From the NCBI GenBank assembly GCA_965223335.1, contig OZ244991.1:224001-288000 (forward strand): DNA of 64,000 nt. Direction: 5' to 3'. Source of the stretch: Thermodesulfobacteriota bacterium (lineage in GTDB: Bacteria; Desulfobacterota_D; UBA1144; Nemesobacterales; UBA2774). Shown in pieces: positions 62,426 to 64,000 of the stretch. Numbering within the stretch: position 1 is the stretch's first letter; each line of letters opens with the position of its first letter. Position numbers and translations under genes: made by a program. The notes beneath the pieces are model-generated. The model searched no databases, was not told the origin of the DNA, and saw nothing but the letters and a program-made list of their open reading frames with translations.

Positions 62426-63199
62426 TTAGTTACATGGACGGACTGCACGAGCTCCAACGAAATTTTCGTTGGTCTTGTGTGCATGACCACAATGTACACT
62501 ATTTCCCCTACAGCTCCATGTATGCGTTGACAAATTAGGATGGGGTGTACTTGTCCAATGAATATGATCAGTTGATGAAAGACCTGGAAAACTTATTTGG
62601 TTACCTTGAAGACTGAAATCTCCTAGACTTTGAAATACTCTAATATTAGGAATGCACCAATCTCGATAACCAGCGAGACCACACAGTCCACTACCAATAC
62701 CACTGCAATCTGCATCCGTATTACAAGGAGTAGTACCATCTCCATCGCAGTTATTGTTTATAGCATCTAAGAATTCCGTAAACAACGTACCATCTGGGTT
62801 AGGTAAAGTAGCACTCCATTTGTATACATTATCTTTGTCATGAAGACCCCCATTATCATCTTTCTTCTCCCACATGTAACCTGTATTGTTATCTGTAAAG
62901 GTGCCGTCTCCATTATCAGTAAAACTTAATGCAACACCATGCCCTGAAAGTCCATATGCATCAGGATTACTAAACCCATCCCCCGGAAATGTTTGACCTG
63001 GGTTAGCTTCACACTCAGCTAAGTCAACATAACATTCATCTAAATCAAAGTTGCATATATTCAGATTTTCCGCACATTCAGGTAAACCACCCTTTGGCGG
63101 GAACTCAAATGGTGATTTTGCAGTTGAGAATGAAACCGCTACTGTTAAATGTAAAATGCAGATAACAAAAAAGATAATAAGTGCTTGAAGTAGTCTCAT
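62426..63199 (-). CDS. Secreted Cys-rich DUF1566 (Lcl) domain protein
   Basis: Signal peptide; DNGDGTFTDNNTGYMWEK, AGYRDWCIPN, WTST, RAVR. Confidence 0.85.
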   Translation of the reverse strand: MRLLQALIIFFVICILHLTVAVSFSTAKSPFEFPPKGGLPECAENLNICNFDLDECYVDLAECEANPGQTFPGDGFSNPDAYGLSGHGVALSFTDNGDGTFTDNNTGYMWEKKDDNGGLHDKDNVYKWSATLPNPDGTLFTEFLDAINNNCDGDGTTPCNTDADCSGIGSGLCGLAGYRDWCIPNIRVFQSLGDFSLQGNQISFPGLSSTDHIHWTSTPHPNLSTHTWSCRGNSVHCGHAHKTNENFVGARAVRPCN

Positions 63200-63787
63200 A
63201 ATATTCTCTCCTTTTTACAAGCAGATTTAACTACCTGATAATACGTATTATATAAAATTAGATAATTAATTGATACTAGACTATGGTTTATTTTTTCTGG
63301 AAAGAATTAATACTAAAGTATTGGTACTCGATCATAAACGATCTCTAACAAGTTCTGAAATCTTTAGAGTTATGAGACTATTTTATGATTGAATCATCCC
63401 GACATCGGGATTTGCATATTATGTAAATTCAAAGAATTTCTCCTGTACTGAAAAACGCTAGTTGTAGTCATAATAAATGTATTTTATTATATTTATTAAT
63501 TAGACGGTTTATCGGGTTTGGGACTAGTTATTTGATGTATCTATAATAATCACACGGATACAAGAAAATACATTACTACATTTGCTATCTGACATTACAT
63601 CAAAGAATAATCAACACCAACAAATGGGTCTAGTGGTTGTGAACTTTCCGTAATTTCAGACGTTAGTCAGATTACAGAAAATGGATTATTAATACAATTT
63701 TGTATTATAATTTTTATTACTGACTAGAATCTAAAGATTGAAGATTGAAAAAGATGTCGATCTGTCCTGTCTGGGGTATGGGATTAC

Positions 63788-64000
63788 ATGATTGATAAAA
63801 ACATCGTACTATCGCAAATTTTAAAACAATGTGCTGAAGTAGGTACAAATAGCATTGGTAGAACCAAATTAGTCAAATTGGTTTACTTAACAGAATACGA
63901 ATATTATAAACAAACAAGAAAAAGACTCACTACTCTTAATTGGATATTTCACAAGTATGGTCCATATGCATTTGAACTATCTACCGATAAAATCGATTTT
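63788..64000 (+). CDS. Panacea/SocA (DUF4065) family antitoxin, N-terminal part (runs off window)
   Basis: Not in ORF track. MIDKNIVLSQILKQCAEVGTNSIGRTKLVKLVYLTEYEYYKQTRKRLTTLNWIFHKYGPYAFEL shows KLxKLxY and YGP motifs. Confidence 0.8.
   Translation, partial: MIDKNIVLSQILKQCAEVGTNSIGRTKLVKLVYLTEYEYYKQTRKRLTTLNWIFHKYGPYAFELSTDKIDF

Larger units (their letters stand above)
56020..64000. mobile_element. Integrated phage-satellite/plasmid-like element (left part; integrase and right end not in window)
   Basis: Starts at the broken tRNA; visibly AT-richer; Rep primase, TerS-like, sigma-like, nuclease, Abi-like and Panacea genes; long spacers. Confidence 0.85.

Noticed and set aside
62266..63787. 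Diversity-generating retroelement around the DUF1566 gene
   Set aside because: No template repeat or reverse transcriptase seen in the window.

Overview
Bacterial chromosomal window from a Gram-negative, deltaproteobacteria-like lineage (taxonomy is only an impression). Positions 1-55,910 are mostly housekeeping genes: hemA/hemC, folE with two PTPS paralogs, a MoxR module, an orphan nuoM, cytochrome c peroxidase, SufT-Mrp, a J-domain chaperone, hldE, mtnP, rsmG, trmI, pckA, carD, glnE, priA, a DtxR/MntR-regulated TroABCD-type metal ABC operon and three intact tRNAs (fMet, Lys, Glu). The left end holds a small accessory cluster with a partial pyruvate-decarboxylase-like gene and a secreted protein built from 14 copies of an 11-aa repeat. 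At 55,988 a tRNA-Arg(CCT) gene stops exactly at the end of its anticodon loop. It is followed by an AT-richer mobile element that runs off the window end. The element carries integrase arm-like repeats, an Abi-like membrane protein, a terminase-small-subunit-like HTH protein, a sigma-70 region-4-like protein, a PD-(D/E)XK nuclease, an AEP/RepB primase-type Rep, a DUF1566 protein, a partial Panacea antitoxin and dif-like sites. The best leads are (i) this tRNA-splitting, satellite-like element and (ii) an outer-membrane beta-barrel gene with a MntR/DtxR-type operator over its promoter, a candidate Mn/Fe outer-membrane channel. All calls come from manual motif recognition; no searches were run.
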